Made by a program: the position numbers and the translations under genes. 64,000 bases of DNA from Chloropicon primus (Eukaryota), in NCBI GenBank assembly GCA_023205875.1, contig CP060754.1, positions 558,001 to 622,000 of the forward strand, written 5' to 3'. How positions within the stretch are numbered: position 1 is the stretch's first letter; the number at the start of each line of letters is the position of its first letter. Below the pieces are notes generated by a model. The model did not search any database and had not been told where the DNA came from. It was given only the letters and a program-made list of their open reading frames with translations. This document shows positions 50,355-60,600 of the stretch, one piece after another.

Positions 50355-52478
50355 ATGTCGGGAGAGGACGGAGAGACCTTTGCCTTCCAGGCTGAGATCA
50401 ACCAGCTTTTGAGTCTGATCATCAACACGTTCTACAGCAACAAGGAGATCTTCCTGAGGGAGTTGATCTCGAACTCTTCGGACGCCTTGGACAAGATCAG
50501 GTTCGAGGGTCTGACGGACAAGACCAAGCTCGAGGCGGAGCCCGAGCTGTTCATCCACATCATCCCAGACAAGACGAACAACACCCTGACGATCATCGAC
50601 TCTGGTTTGGGCATGACCAAGGCCGACTTGGTGAACAACCTGGGAACGATCGCGAGGAGCGGGACCAAGGCCTTCATGGAGGCCTTGTCCGCGGGGGCCG
50701 ACATCAGCATGATCGGTCAGTTCGGAGTGGGTTTCTACTCCGCGTACCTCGTCGCCGACAAGGTGGTGGTTACCACCAAGCACAACGACGACGAGCAGTA
50801 CATCTGGGAGTCCCAGGCCGGGGGAACCTTCACCGTCAAGAGGGACGACAGCGGGGACATCAAGCGCGGGACCAAGATGGTCCTGCACCTGAAGGAGGAC
50901 CAGCTCGAGTACCTCGAGGAGAAGCGCGTCAAGGACCTCGTCAAGAAGCACAGCGAGTTCATCAGCTACCCGATCTCCCTGTGGACCGAGAAGACCACCG
51001 AGAAGGAGGTCAGCGACGACGAGGCCGAGGAGGAGGACTCCAAGAAGGACGGCGCGGAGGACGAGGAGGGAAAGATCGAGGAGATCGACGACAAGCCCAA
51101 GGAGAAGAAGACCAAGAAGGTCAAGGAGGTCAGCCACGAGTGGAACCTCATGAACAAGCAGAAGCCCATCTGGATGAGGAACCCGGAGGAGATCACCAAG
51201 GACGAGTACGCCGCCTTCTACAAGTCGCTGACCAACGACTGGGAGGAGCACCTCTCCGTCAAGCACTTTGCGGTCGAGGGTAACCTCGAGTTCAAGAGCG
51301 TCCTCTTCACCCCGAAGAGGGCCCCTTTTGACATGTTCGACAACAAGAAGAAGGCCAACAGCATCAAGCTGTACGTCAGGCGCGTCTTCATCATGGACAA
51401 CTGCGAGGACTTGATGCCAGAGTACTTGAACTTCGTCAAGGGAATCGTCGACTCGGAGGACCTTCCTCTCAACATCTCTCGTGAGATGTTGCAGCAGAAC
51501 AAGATCTTGAAGGTCATGAAGAAGAACCTTGTCAAGAAGTGCTTGGAGATGTTCAACGAGATCGCCGAGAACAAGGACGACTTCGCCAAGTTCTACGAGG
51601 CCTTCGGAAAGAACCTCAAGCTCGGAATCCACGAGGATAGCCAGAACCGCGCCAAGCTCGCCGAGCTCTTGAGGTACAACTCCACCAAGTCCGGGGACGA
51701 GCTCACCAGCCTCAAGGACTACGTCACCAGAATGAAGGAGAACCAGAAGGACATCTACTACATCACCGGAGAGAGCAAGATGGCCGTCGAGAACTCCCCA
51801 TTCTTGGAGAAGCTGAAGAAGCGCGGACTCGAGGTCCTCTTCATGGTCGACCCCATCGACGAGTACGCCGTCCAGCAGCTCAAGGAGTACGACGGGAAGA
51901 AGCTCGTGTGCTGCACCAAGGAGGGACTCGAGCTCGAGGACTCCGAGGAGGAGAAGAAGAAGAAGGAGGAGGTCAAGGCTCAGTTCGAGCCTCTGTGCCG
52001 CCTCATGAAGGACATCTTGGGAGACAAGGTCGAGAAGGTCATCGTCTCCGACAGGATCGTCGACTCTCCTTGCTGCCTCGTCACTGGCGAGTACGGCTGG
52101 AGCGCCAACATGGAGCGTATCATGAAGGCCCAGGCCCTCAGGGATAACTCCATGTCCAGCTACATGAGCTCGAAGAAGACCCTCGAGCTCAACCCAGACA
52201 ACTCCATCGTGAAGGAGCTCAGGAAGCGCAGCGACGCTGACAAGAGTGACATGACCGTCAAGGATCTTTCCCTCTTGCTCTTCGAGACCTCCCTTTTGAC
52301 GTCTGGATTCAGCCTCGACGAGCCAAACACCTTCGGAGGCAGAATCCACAGGATGATCAAGCTCGGCCTCGCCATCGACGACGATCTTGATGGCCTGAGC
52401 CTCGAGGAGGATGGCGATGACATGCCTGCCTTGGAGGAGGACGTTGACGAGGGCTCCAGAATGGAGGAGGTCGACTAA
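50355..52478 (+). CDS. HSP90: Cytosolic heat shock protein 90
   Basis: [43 protein letters not shown] and C-terminal MEEVD. Confidence 0.99.
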   Translation: MSGEDGETFAFQAEINQLLSLIINTFYSNKEIFLRELISNSSDALDKIRFEGLTDKTKLEAEPELFIHIIPDKTNNTLTIIDSGLGMTKADLVNNLGTIARSGTKAFMEALSAGADISMIGQFGVGFYSAYLVADKVVVTTKHNDDEQYIWESQAGGTFTVKRDDSGDIKRGTKMVLHLKEDQLEYLEEKRVKDLVKKHSEFISYPISLWTEKTTEKEVSDDEAEEEDSKKDGAEDEEGKIEEIDDKPKEKKTKKVKEVSHEWNLMNKQKPIWMRNPEEITKDEYAAFYKSLTNDWEEHLSVKHFAVEGNLEFKSVLFTPKRAPFDMFDNKKKANSIKLYVRRVFIMDNCEDLMPEYLNFVKGIVDSEDLPLNISREMLQQNKILKVMKKNLVKKCLEMFNEIAENKDDFAKFYEAFGKNLKLGIHEDSQNRAKLAELLRYNSTKSGDELTSLKDYVTRMKENQKDIYYITGESKMAVENSPFLEKLKKRGLEVLFMVDPIDEYAVQQLKEYDGKKLVCCTKEGLELEDSEEEKKKKEEVKAQFEPLCRLMKDILGDKVEKVIVSDRIVDSPCCLVTGEYGWSANMERIMKAQALRDNSMSSYMSSKKTLELNPDNSIVKELRKRSDADKSDMTVKDLSLLLFETSLLTSGFSLDEPNTFGGRIHRMIKLGLAIDDDLDGLSLEEDGDDMPALEEDVDEGSRMEEVD

Positions 52479-52500
52479 ATTTTTCCCTCTTGCGAACGCG

Positions 52501-52523
52501 TTACACACGCACGGGATCTGTAA
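52501..52523. promoter_or_regulatory. Back-to-back chlorophyte-type TGTAA polyadenylation signals for HSP90 (+, 52519-52523) and UTP14 (-, 52501-52505)
   Basis: TGTAA/TTACA between convergent stops. The same motif occurs at 718, 771, 4098, 6532, 6598, 27046, 36550, 41514 and 42722. Confidence 0.65.
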
Positions 52524-52622
52524 AACACACGTGAATTACTGGGGAGATTAAAAAATCTCTGAATAGATCAAGTTTAGAATGGAACTTTCATTCACGCTCT
52601 GAGATCTTGTTCTTGCTGTCTC

Positions 52623-55106
52623 TCACACTTTCCTCACTCCAGAGATTCCTCCCTCCTTCCTTGGGTGAGAGTTGGTTTTCGTGAAAGACAGCGGGTCGAT
52701 TCTCACGCCCGTCGTCGTCAGCACTTCTGGCCTCGTCAGGTCCCTGTGAGACTTATCAGAGTTGAAATCGCTTCCAAGGGGAGTCCGGATGCTTCGCTCA
52801 TAATCCGCCCTCGTCTTGAAGGGAAAGGGCACAGCCGTGGTCGTGTACTTTGAAGCTTTCTTGTCGTAACGCTCCGAAATCACAACGTGCTTCAGCTTTC
52901 TGTCTTGCCTCGAAGCGATGGCTTCCTTCCTCTGCGCTTCCGCATTTGCCCGTGCCTTCAAGATCCACTTTGGTGTCTTTCTGTCACCCTCCCACTTGCC
53001 CCAGCCAGGGAGGTCCGCAGGTTCGTCAAATGCGGGCAACTCGTCCACAACGTTCTGAAGCTTGTCTTGTTGAAAGTCCGTCTGCACGTCGTCGCCGAAA
53101 GCGCCAAAGGCTTGGGACACGATCTGCCTCTGCGACAGGTGAGGTCCTTCGTTTTCTTCGTCCTCCAAATACATCTTCTCGTCCTCCGTCATGTCCGCAG
53201 AGGCAGCCCCCTTCTTCTTGGTCCTCTTGGGCTTCGAGGCCTCGGCCGTCGAACCGTTTTTGGCTTGCCGTGCTTTCCCCTCCGGAACGTCCAACTGGCT
53301 GGCTTTGAATGACTCGTCCCTGGACCTCGCTCTCGTCACGATGGTGTGCCCGTAATTGAGCTTAACGCTGTCGTCGTCCCCACTCTTTTTGCCAGGTGCA
53401 CCCTCCTCCTCTCCCTCCTCTTCCCCCGAGGTCTCGCTGCCAGAATCATCGTCCCCCCCTCGACTTTGAACCTTGTTGCCCTTGCGCCCAAACGAAAGCT
53501 TGCCGCGATCCTGGTCCGCTTTGTCATCACCTGAATCTTCCTCCTCCTCAATGGAGTCTTCCAATTCCATGAGGAAATCCTCTGCGTTCTGCTTCGCTTC
53601 TTCTTTCTTCTTGTCCATCGCCCTCTTCATGAATGGGAGGCTGAAGAGGCCCTTTTTGGGCGCCTCGGCATCAGGATTCTCTTCAAGAAGCTTGAGCACC
53701 TCAGCCTTGGCCTTGTTATTGATCTTTTGCATGGCCTTCCCCTCGTCTTGGGAGTTGTCCGACTCCTCCTCCGAGGAGGAATAGTCCTCGCTCTCGTCCT
53801 GGTAATTGACTTTTCTCCTCAAGGCCTCGCTGATCCGGTTCTGCTCGCTCAGCGCGGTCTTGGTGCTGTCATCCAAACGGTGAAATCCTCTTTGAAGGGC
53901 ATGCTTCGCCCACTTCGAGGTGTTCTTGTGCTTCAGGGTCAGCCTCTCCCTTGCTCTGAGGTACTCGGCGTGCTCGACCTCCTTCCTCATCGCCTCAGGA
54001 TCCATGTCAATTCCTTCCTTTTCTATCCTTCTCTGCTCCACCTTCTTGAGGTACTTGTGGTGCCTCTTGCTCTTGATCGCCTTCAGCCTCTTGGCCTTCT
54101 GGTCCTGGTAGAACAGGACGCTCCTCATCTTCGCCAACTTCGCCTGCCGCTCCTTCAGTTCTTCCTTCGTCAGGGTGTTGCTCGGGAGGAGCTGGTCCTC
54201 CTCGGCGGCTTTGCCCATCTCTTCGCCAAGCATCTCCGCGATCTCCTTCTCCATCTCGCTCTCGGGCTTGACCTTGTCGGCGAGGCCCGCAGTAGTCGTC
54301 ACCACTTGAAGGTTTGCCGCCTGCCTGTTCGAGAACTCGAGGGTTCGCGCCTCTCTGTTCGCCTTGACGATGTTCTGCCACTTGCTCACGTCCTTGGAAG
54401 TTATGCTGTACGCCGCCTTGCGCTCGTTCCTTTCCTGAACAATCTTGGGAAGTGGAGCTGCTGTAGGGGTCATCCGTTTCAGGGACTTCTCCAGCTTCCT
54501 ACTCCTCGAAGTGGGCTTCTCCTCCGACTCCTTCCACGTCCCCACCAAGTCCGACAGAGTTAGAGCTTCCTGCTGGGACTCGTCGCCCAGCTTGGGCGCC
54601 ACCGCGCCACCGCTCCGCCCCTCGGCCCGCTCGCCGTCCTCCCTCATCTGGCGGAGGCTTGCGATCATCGCGCGGTGCCTCTCCTCGGACTCGCTGTCCT
54701 CCTCCTCCTCCTCCTCCGAGCTCAGCTCTCCGTCGTCGTCGTCGCTCTCGCTCTCGCTCTCCCCCCCGCCTCCGCGACCTTTGCCCCCGCTTCCATACTT
54801 CGCAAAGTCAAAGTCGCCGAACTTCTGCTCATCCTCCGAATCGAAGGCCTCGTCCGAGTCGATCTCCTCGTCGTCATCCTCCCCTATCTCGACGTCCGAG
54901 TCCTCCTCCCCCGTCCTTGTTCCTGCAATGTAGTTAATGTCCTCGTCCTCGAGAGCCCGGCGGTTTCGACTCTGCACCCTCGCGTCCTCCTCCGCGTCGC
55001 TGTCCACCTCGTAAAGGTCATTAGCCTCCCCTTCCTCCTCCCTCTTCGACACCTTCCCTCTCCTCTCCTTCCCCCTCCCAAGGGTCTTCCTCTTCGCCCC
55101 CCCCAT
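52623..55106 (-). CDS. UTP14: U3 snoRNP-associated protein UTP14
   Basis: ERKAAY, KAKRLKAIKSK, ERLTLKHKNTSKWAK, LPGWGKW and PFPFKTRADYERSIRTPLG. Confidence 0.92.
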   Translation of the reverse strand: MGGAKRKTLGRGKERRGKVSKREEEGEANDLYEVDSDAEEDARVQSRNRRALEDEDINYIAGTRTGEEDSDVEIGEDDDEEIDSDEAFDSEDEQKFGDFDFAKYGSGGKGRGGGGESESESDDDDGELSSEEEEEEDSESEERHRAMIASLRQMREDGERAEGRSGGAVAPKLGDESQQEALTLSDLVGTWKESEEKPTSRSRKLEKSLKRMTPTAAPLPKIVQERNERKAAYSITSKDVSKWQNIVKANREARTLEFSNRQAANLQVVTTTAGLADKVKPESEMEKEIAEMLGEEMGKAAEEDQLLPSNTLTKEELKERQAKLAKMRSVLFYQDQKAKRLKAIKSKRHHKYLKKVEQRRIEKEGIDMDPEAMRKEVEHAEYLRARERLTLKHKNTSKWAKHALQRGFHRLDDSTKTALSEQNRISEALRRKVNYQDESEDYSSSEEESDNSQDEGKAMQKINNKAKAEVLKLLEENPDAEAPKKGLFSLPFMKRAMDKKKEEAKQNAEDFLMELEDSIEEEEDSGDDKADQDRGKLSFGRKGNKVQSRGGDDDSGSETSGEEEGEEEGAPGKKSGDDDSVKLNYGHTIVTRARSRDESFKASQLDVPEGKARQAKNGSTAEASKPKRTKKKGAASADMTEDEKMYLEDEENEGPHLSQRQIVSQAFGAFGDDVQTDFQQDKLQNVVDELPAFDEPADLPGWGKWEGDRKTPKWILKARANAEAQRKEAIASRQDRKLKHVVISERYDKKASKYTTTAVPFPFKTRADYERSIRTPLGSDFNSDKSHRDLTRPEVLTTTGVRIDPLSFTKTNSHPRKEGGISGVRKV

Positions 55107-55174
55107 CTCAGCCGCCGCTGCTTGCTGTTCGAAAAACCTGCAGGGGTCTGCACCTTTGGCCAAGGCACCCGGGG

Positions 55175-56296
55175 ATGGAGACGACGACGACGACGACGAC
55201 GACGTGCCTGGAGTTCTACAGCGGGGTTGGGGGGTTGCACTACTCGCTGCGCAAGGCGAGGAAAGGGGAGGATGTGAAAGTCATCGAGGCGTTCGACGTG
55301 AACGACTTGGCGAACGTCGTGTACGAGTTCAATCACGGCATCAAACCGACATCGAGGGACATCGGCAGCTTGGAAGCCAAGGATTTGGATGGGAAGGCGG
55401 ATGCGTGGCTTCTGTCGCCGCCGTGCCAACCTTACACTCGACAAGGTCTGCAGAGGGGCTCGGAGGACCCAAGGGCGCAGAGCTTCATCAAGCTGCTGGA
55501 CAAGCTCGGGGACCTCGAGTGCAAGCCCAGTTACCTGCTGATCGAGAACGTGGTCGGCTTCGAAGAATCTGAGACGAGGAACCACCTCGTGGACACGATG
55601 AAGAGAAACAATTACACGACGCAAGAGTTCCTCGTGAGTCCAATCGACCTTGGGGTTCCCTACTCGAGAGCGAGGTACTTTTGCTTGGCGAAGATTTCCC
55701 CCCTGAAGTTCCTCCGCGGGGAGAACGACTTCAAGATCTCGAAAGGCCCCCCAGAAGTCGGGAAGGTCCCGCAAGAGTGCCGGCCCCTCAAGGAGTACCT
55801 TTCGGAAGAGCTGGTCTTTGAGAACTACAGCGAGTCCAGCGACCTGTGGGCCCAGTGCTTGGTGAAGAGCGGGGTGAGGAAGTATCTGGGCGCCATCGAC
55901 ATCGTCTCCCCTCACTCGAGAAGGTGCTGCTGCTTTACCAAGAGCTATTACAAGTACTACAAAGGGACGGGGTCCCTGATTGCCGTGAACTCCGTGCCGT
56001 TGGAAGACGGGCAACGCAGCTTTGTGGAAGAGGATGGGACAGTTCACATTCAGTTCTCCACCGTATCCTCATCGGAGATGGACAACTTGGAAAAGGTGGA
56101 AGACTCGCTGCTGGACCAGCTCGTTCTGCGTTACTTCACGCCTCGGGAGGTGGCGAACCTACACTCTTTCCCCTCGGATTTCTCCTTCCCCGAGGGAATA
56201 ACAAGGAAGCAGAGGTACTCCCTCTTGGGCAACAGCTTGAGCGTTGCCGTCGTCGCCCACCTGCTCGAGTACCTTTTCCAGGAAGGGAGCGGGTGA
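55175..56296 (+). CDS. DNMT2: tRNA (cytosine-38) C5-methyltransferase DNMT2/TRDMT1
   Basis: LEFYSGVGG, SPPCQPYT, ENVVGF, RARYF, the DNMT2-diagnostic CFTKSY, LRYFTPREVA and GNSL. Confidence 0.93.
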   Translation: METTTTTTTTCLEFYSGVGGLHYSLRKARKGEDVKVIEAFDVNDLANVVYEFNHGIKPTSRDIGSLEAKDLDGKADAWLLSPPCQPYTRQGLQRGSEDPRAQSFIKLLDKLGDLECKPSYLLIENVVGFEESETRNHLVDTMKRNNYTTQEFLVSPIDLGVPYSRARYFCLAKISPLKFLRGENDFKISKGPPEVGKVPQECRPLKEYLSEELVFENYSESSDLWAQCLVKSGVRKYLGAIDIVSPHSRRCCCFTKSYYKYYKGTGSLIAVNSVPLEDGQRSFVEEDGTVHIQFSTVSSSEMDNLEKVEDSLLDQLVLRYFTPREVANLHSFPSDFSFPEGITRKQRYSLLGNSLSVAVVAHLLEYLFQEGSG

Positions 56297-56400
56297 CCCC
56301 TTTCAGTGCTCGGGAGTGCTTGGGGGTTTTGTACGATAGTGTTCAGGCGATCACCAGGGGTTTAGCTTGTACGAATAATGCAGTGTGTATGTTGTATGTC

Positions 56401-57270
56401 TCAGAAGTCGCCTTCGATGGTCGACCACGCGTGATTGATGGCCTGCGAAATCTCTTGGACCTTGGAGCGTATCCTCTCGGCGTCCTTGCCGCCCAAGGCC
56501 TTGCCAAAGCGGTGCATGAACTTGTCCGGGTGCCACCGCAAGTGCGCCCTTTTGAAGGCCCTCTTGTGCGCAACGAACGCTTCCTTCGAGTCGGGCGTGC
56601 CTTTCTCCCCGCCTTTCGCTCTCGTGATCTCGGCCGCGGCCATCGCGGACAGCAACCCCGAAGTGACCGGCGGCCAAGGCACCTCCTCGTAGCTCACCGG
56701 CGCTGCCTTCTCCCTGGCCTCGAACGCCTCCCACGCCCTCTCGTGCGATGTCCACAGCTCCGCTGCCTCGTCCGATCCGAAGAGATCGACCTTCGACATC
56801 GCTTCGAGGAGCTTCTCGGCGGCCGCCTCGGCTTGCTTGAACTTGACGTCCTCGGACCGCACCTCCGCCGCCCAGGCCTTCTCCTCCTCCGTCTGCATGC
56901 GAACTTTCGTCGCCTCCAGTCTGGTTTCACCCTCGTTCCACGCGTTCTGGTACCACTGATACTCCCTCAGCTCCTTCATGGTCTCCCTTCTCTCCCTATT
57001 CAGCCGCACCCTCTCCCGCTTTTGGAGCACGGCTCTCATTTTGCGGTAGAAAGCATCCGCCTCCCCTTGTTGGAGCTTCCCTTTCCTTTGCCTCAAAAAA
57101 GTCCGTAATCCCTCCACGTCCACCGCCTCTACCTTGCACACCTCCTCCCAAAACTCTCTTTCCCCCTCCCCCTCCTCCTCCTCCGACGTGCACACCTCCT
57201 CCTCCGACGTCTCCTGCTCCCACACGGGGACCCTCTCCCCCTCCCTCGGCAACCTTGGCCCGTACTCCAT
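56401..57270 (-). CDS. Hypothetical protein with an NFKBIL1-like C-terminal (J-like RWHPDKF) domain
   Basis: YEEVPWP..LRWHPDKFMHRFG..VQEISQAIN; charged coiled-coil N-terminus. Confidence 0.65.
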   Translation of the reverse strand: MEYGPRLPREGERVPVWEQETSEEEVCTSEEEEGEGEREFWEEVCKVEAVDVEGLRTFLRQRKGKLQQGEADAFYRKMRAVLQKRERVRLNRERRETMKELREYQWYQNAWNEGETRLEATKVRMQTEEEKAWAAEVRSEDVKFKQAEAAAEKLLEAMSKVDLFGSDEAAELWTSHERAWEAFEAREKAAPVSYEEVPWPPVTSGLLSAMAAAEITRAKGGEKGTPDSKEAFVAHKRAFKRAHLRWHPDKFMHRFGKALGGKDAERIRSKVQEISQAINHAWSTIEGDF

Positions 57271-57653
57271 GCCCTCCCTCCCCCCTTCTCCCCAACGACG
57301 CTCGTACTTTGCTTGGCCCCGCCTTTCCCTCAGCCGTTTTCCTGGAAACGCTCAGGCAGGAAGCGCCAGCTCGAGCCCGCGCGCGTTTTCATCTCGCCGC
57401 GGTTCAAATGGTAACGGATCGCCAGCGAGGCAAGGAGGGACGAGGGCGTCAAGGAGCACGGGCGCGGAGAACAGGAGGCAGAGGAAGCAGACAGGTGGGG
57501 AGCATGGCCTCCTCGCTTTCGTTCGAGCGCTCGCTCGAAGGGAACGCTGGAGTATTGACGCGGGCGTGAGCCATGGTTCTCGAGGAGGGGAGCAGCGCGC
57601 GGGAACGAGAGGCCACGAAGGGGAGGTGACTGCGCGCGCGTGTGGCCGAGGGG

Positions 57654-60600
57654 ATGTGGGTGCCGAGTAGCGGAGCGCAGTGGGCGTGGGTGTGCGTGGC
57701 GTACGTCGTCGTCGTTCTGTGCCTGAAAAGGCTCGGGGCGAAGCTGCTTGCCGGCTTGCTCACCAGGGACAACTTGGTGGTGAACATCAAAGTTGTGAGC
57801 CTGGCGAAGCTCAAGAGCGTGGATTTGAAGATACGCACGAAGGCCTTCAACGTCCGTGTGCTAGCGAGCGAGGTGGCGGTCGACAGGGTCAGGCTGATAC
57901 AGGCGGTGAGCGAGGTATTCGTCTGGGTCTTCAGAGGTTTTTCGTTCAATATTCCGATTCGGGTGAGCGGCCTGGTGGTGACGCTCGACAAGATCGACGC
58001 CGTACCGGATGACGCAGCCTCTGTCGTTGGAGGGAGGACCAAGGGCAAACAGCACGTGCTGTATCAGTACTTCAAACTGTACCTCAGCAGGGTCGCTGTC
58101 TTCGTGCTCTGCCTGTTCAGAGTCGACGTCGACAGCTTCAGAGTGAACTTGTCCCGCGGGGACGTCAAGATCGAGTTCAACATGGAGAACACCTGCATGA
58201 AAAGTCAGAAAAGGAGCCCCAGCTTGTCCATGAAGAGCTTATCTGCAAGGGCTTCGCTGCACCTGAAGGATTCAGGCGCAGCGGACCTCGTGCTGTGCGA
58301 GAGTCAGTTGGAGGACCTTTCCGTAAAAGCCTCCGGCCTGGAGATTTTGGATTCTGGGCTGAAGTACCACAGAGTCGACGTCGACATGAAGGAAGCCCTG
58401 GCCGCCCATACCTCACAGCTGGAGCTCTTAGTGCCCCTGGTTGAAACGAGTAGTGGCCCAGGCCAGAACGAGATGAGCACGCAAGCATCGACGCTCATGG
58501 CGTACGCGCCAAAGCGGGTGAATGTAACGGTGTCTAACATCAGGGTCCACACCCTCGAAGATAAGACGAGCCACCCTTGGTATGGTTTTGAGGTCAGCAC
58601 GCTGAGCATCGCCCTGACGCATCGGACAAGGCACGACCAGAGCTTTCCTTCCTTCAAAGCTTTCAGGTACACGTGGCAATTGCAGGTAAAGTCTGATCAG
58701 TTCGAAGGACGCTTGGTGCACAACGGGCACGAAATTGCGGAGGTTTTGTCGAAAGACATCAAGTCTGTCACCACGTCAACGAAGACAAAGAAGCTGGTTC
58801 AGAACGTGATTGTGAACGTGGAAAGCATCAAAACCAGAGTGAAGCCCGTCAGGGAGGATACGATTGCTTTTATCACTACGAGGGTTCAAGAGTATCAACT
58901 TGGCAGGGCTCAAGTCGCCAGGGCAAAGGGTGGCGACGCCATCCCTCGCACGGACGATCTCCTTGGGCTCCAGATTGCAATCAATAATGTGAGCAGCTAC
59001 TTTGACTCACAGGGCAAGGAGTCTCTTGTGACAAGCCTACCGAATCTGTCTGTCAACCTGCAGAAGAAACCCGAGGGATTCTTCTCGCACATCGACTGCA
59101 GAGATCTCGGCGTATCGCTTTCAAAGGAGGGCAAGAGATTCACGAACAGCAAGCTCAGCGCCATTCGAAACCAAGATATTGTGGTTTTGGGCAACCTCCG
59201 CATGTCCTCCGAGCTCACCCAAGGCGATAGCGGGTCTCCTGTTTTTGACCTGGACGCAAACATCGTCGGGTGCGAGGTACAACTTGCCTCTCAGTATCTG
59301 CTGGTTGCTGATATAATCAACCAACACGGGTCTCCGATAATAGCAGGGGGTGCTCTCAAAGTAAACGAGGGGGTGAAAGACCCCAAGAGTTCTGTCATTG
59401 CGAATGTCCGCGTGGAATGCTCCAAGATAGCCCTTCACTTCAGTCCCGTGGGGGGAGAGGAAAACGAAGTGGAGTTGTTTGAGACCAAGAGCACTGAGCA
59501 GGGCCTACTCTGCCGAGTAGACTTCTTCTCCTTCAGCTCAATGCAAGGAGAGACATCAAATCTGCATGTGAAGAAGTTGACTCTTTGCAAATCGGCAAAC
59601 TTTGAGAGCCTGGATGACAGCTCTGGAGTTTTCTTGTATTTGACTACAATAGAAGATCTGACCCTCACTATCAGCCGTGTTGTGAGGGGATCGGGCGACT
59701 TCCAGCATGTTTTGAAAGTGTGGTGCAGCAGGTTGAAGGTGGAATCCGATTGTGAATCCTCCATGTTTCTTCTTCAACTGTCTGAAAGGGCAAGCAAAGA
59801 TTTCGATCGCATGCGCAGATTGCCGTTAGTGGTGCAACTTCCTCGTGAATCAAGGGAACCTGTCAAGCCCCTCTTTGACATCCAAACGCATCGACTTGAT
59901 GTTGTCTTCAAAGAGTCGAGAAAAGACATCAGGGTCTCCGTGAGATCACTGGTTGTGAGGGACGAAAAGCATTTTGAGAGCAAGTACGTGTCATTGTTCG
60001 TGCTCGACAAGGAGGTGTTGAAGCTGAAAGGTGTACGACTAGGCGTGAAACCGACTGCAGAGGACACTTTACAAATCACATTACGGATAAACCTAGCGAG
60101 TGGGAGATTGCCGGACAAGTTGGAGGTAGGAGAGGTGTTCAATGGGCACATCTCGTCCTTCAGTGTCTTGGAGAAGGAAATCAAGAAAAGAGCTGGGGTG
60201 CATCTCGGTGGCAATGTCGAAATCGACCCAAAAGTCGAAAGGAACTACAATCTGATCGTCAACCTCAATGAGTGGGAGATCGAGGTCGAGCACTCACAGT
60301 TTGAGACGTGGCTCAGCTCCCACAAAAGCTTGCTTTACGAGTGCAACCTCGGAATGCACTTGGTCAAGGAGACATCTCAAGGAGACATCTCCGTTTTCGA
60401 CTATTTCAGTCCATCGAAGAACGAAGAGAGGCTGAGCGACGAGCCCAGCCAAAACAGAAGCAATGAATACTTGTGCAAGAAATTGATCAGGAGTTATGTG
60501 AAGGCTTGCGGGCAAATTGGCAGCAAGAGGAAATTCTTCAAAAACGCGCTTTCCTTGAGTGGCAAGGGAACGATGCTTAGGCTTCATGCCTGCCAAAGCG

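Noticed and set aside
50316..52508. 730-aa antisense ORF opposite HSP90 (likewise 2488-3819, 34828-36516, 758-2200, 18423-20084, 47646-49736)
   Set aside because: Shadow ORFs produced by strong third-position G/C bias of the real gene on the other strand; no recognisable motifs.
6647..56296. Apparent cluster of nucleolar/Pol I genes (TAF1B, RPA34-like, POP1, SURF6, UTP14)
   Set aside because: Scattered among unrelated genes and the class is common in minimal genomes; there is no evidence of non-random clustering without a statistical test.
55175..56296. C5-methyltransferase as part of a restriction-modification or defence system
   Set aside because: The CFTKSY motif identifies DNMT2 tRNA methyltransferase; no nuclease nearby.
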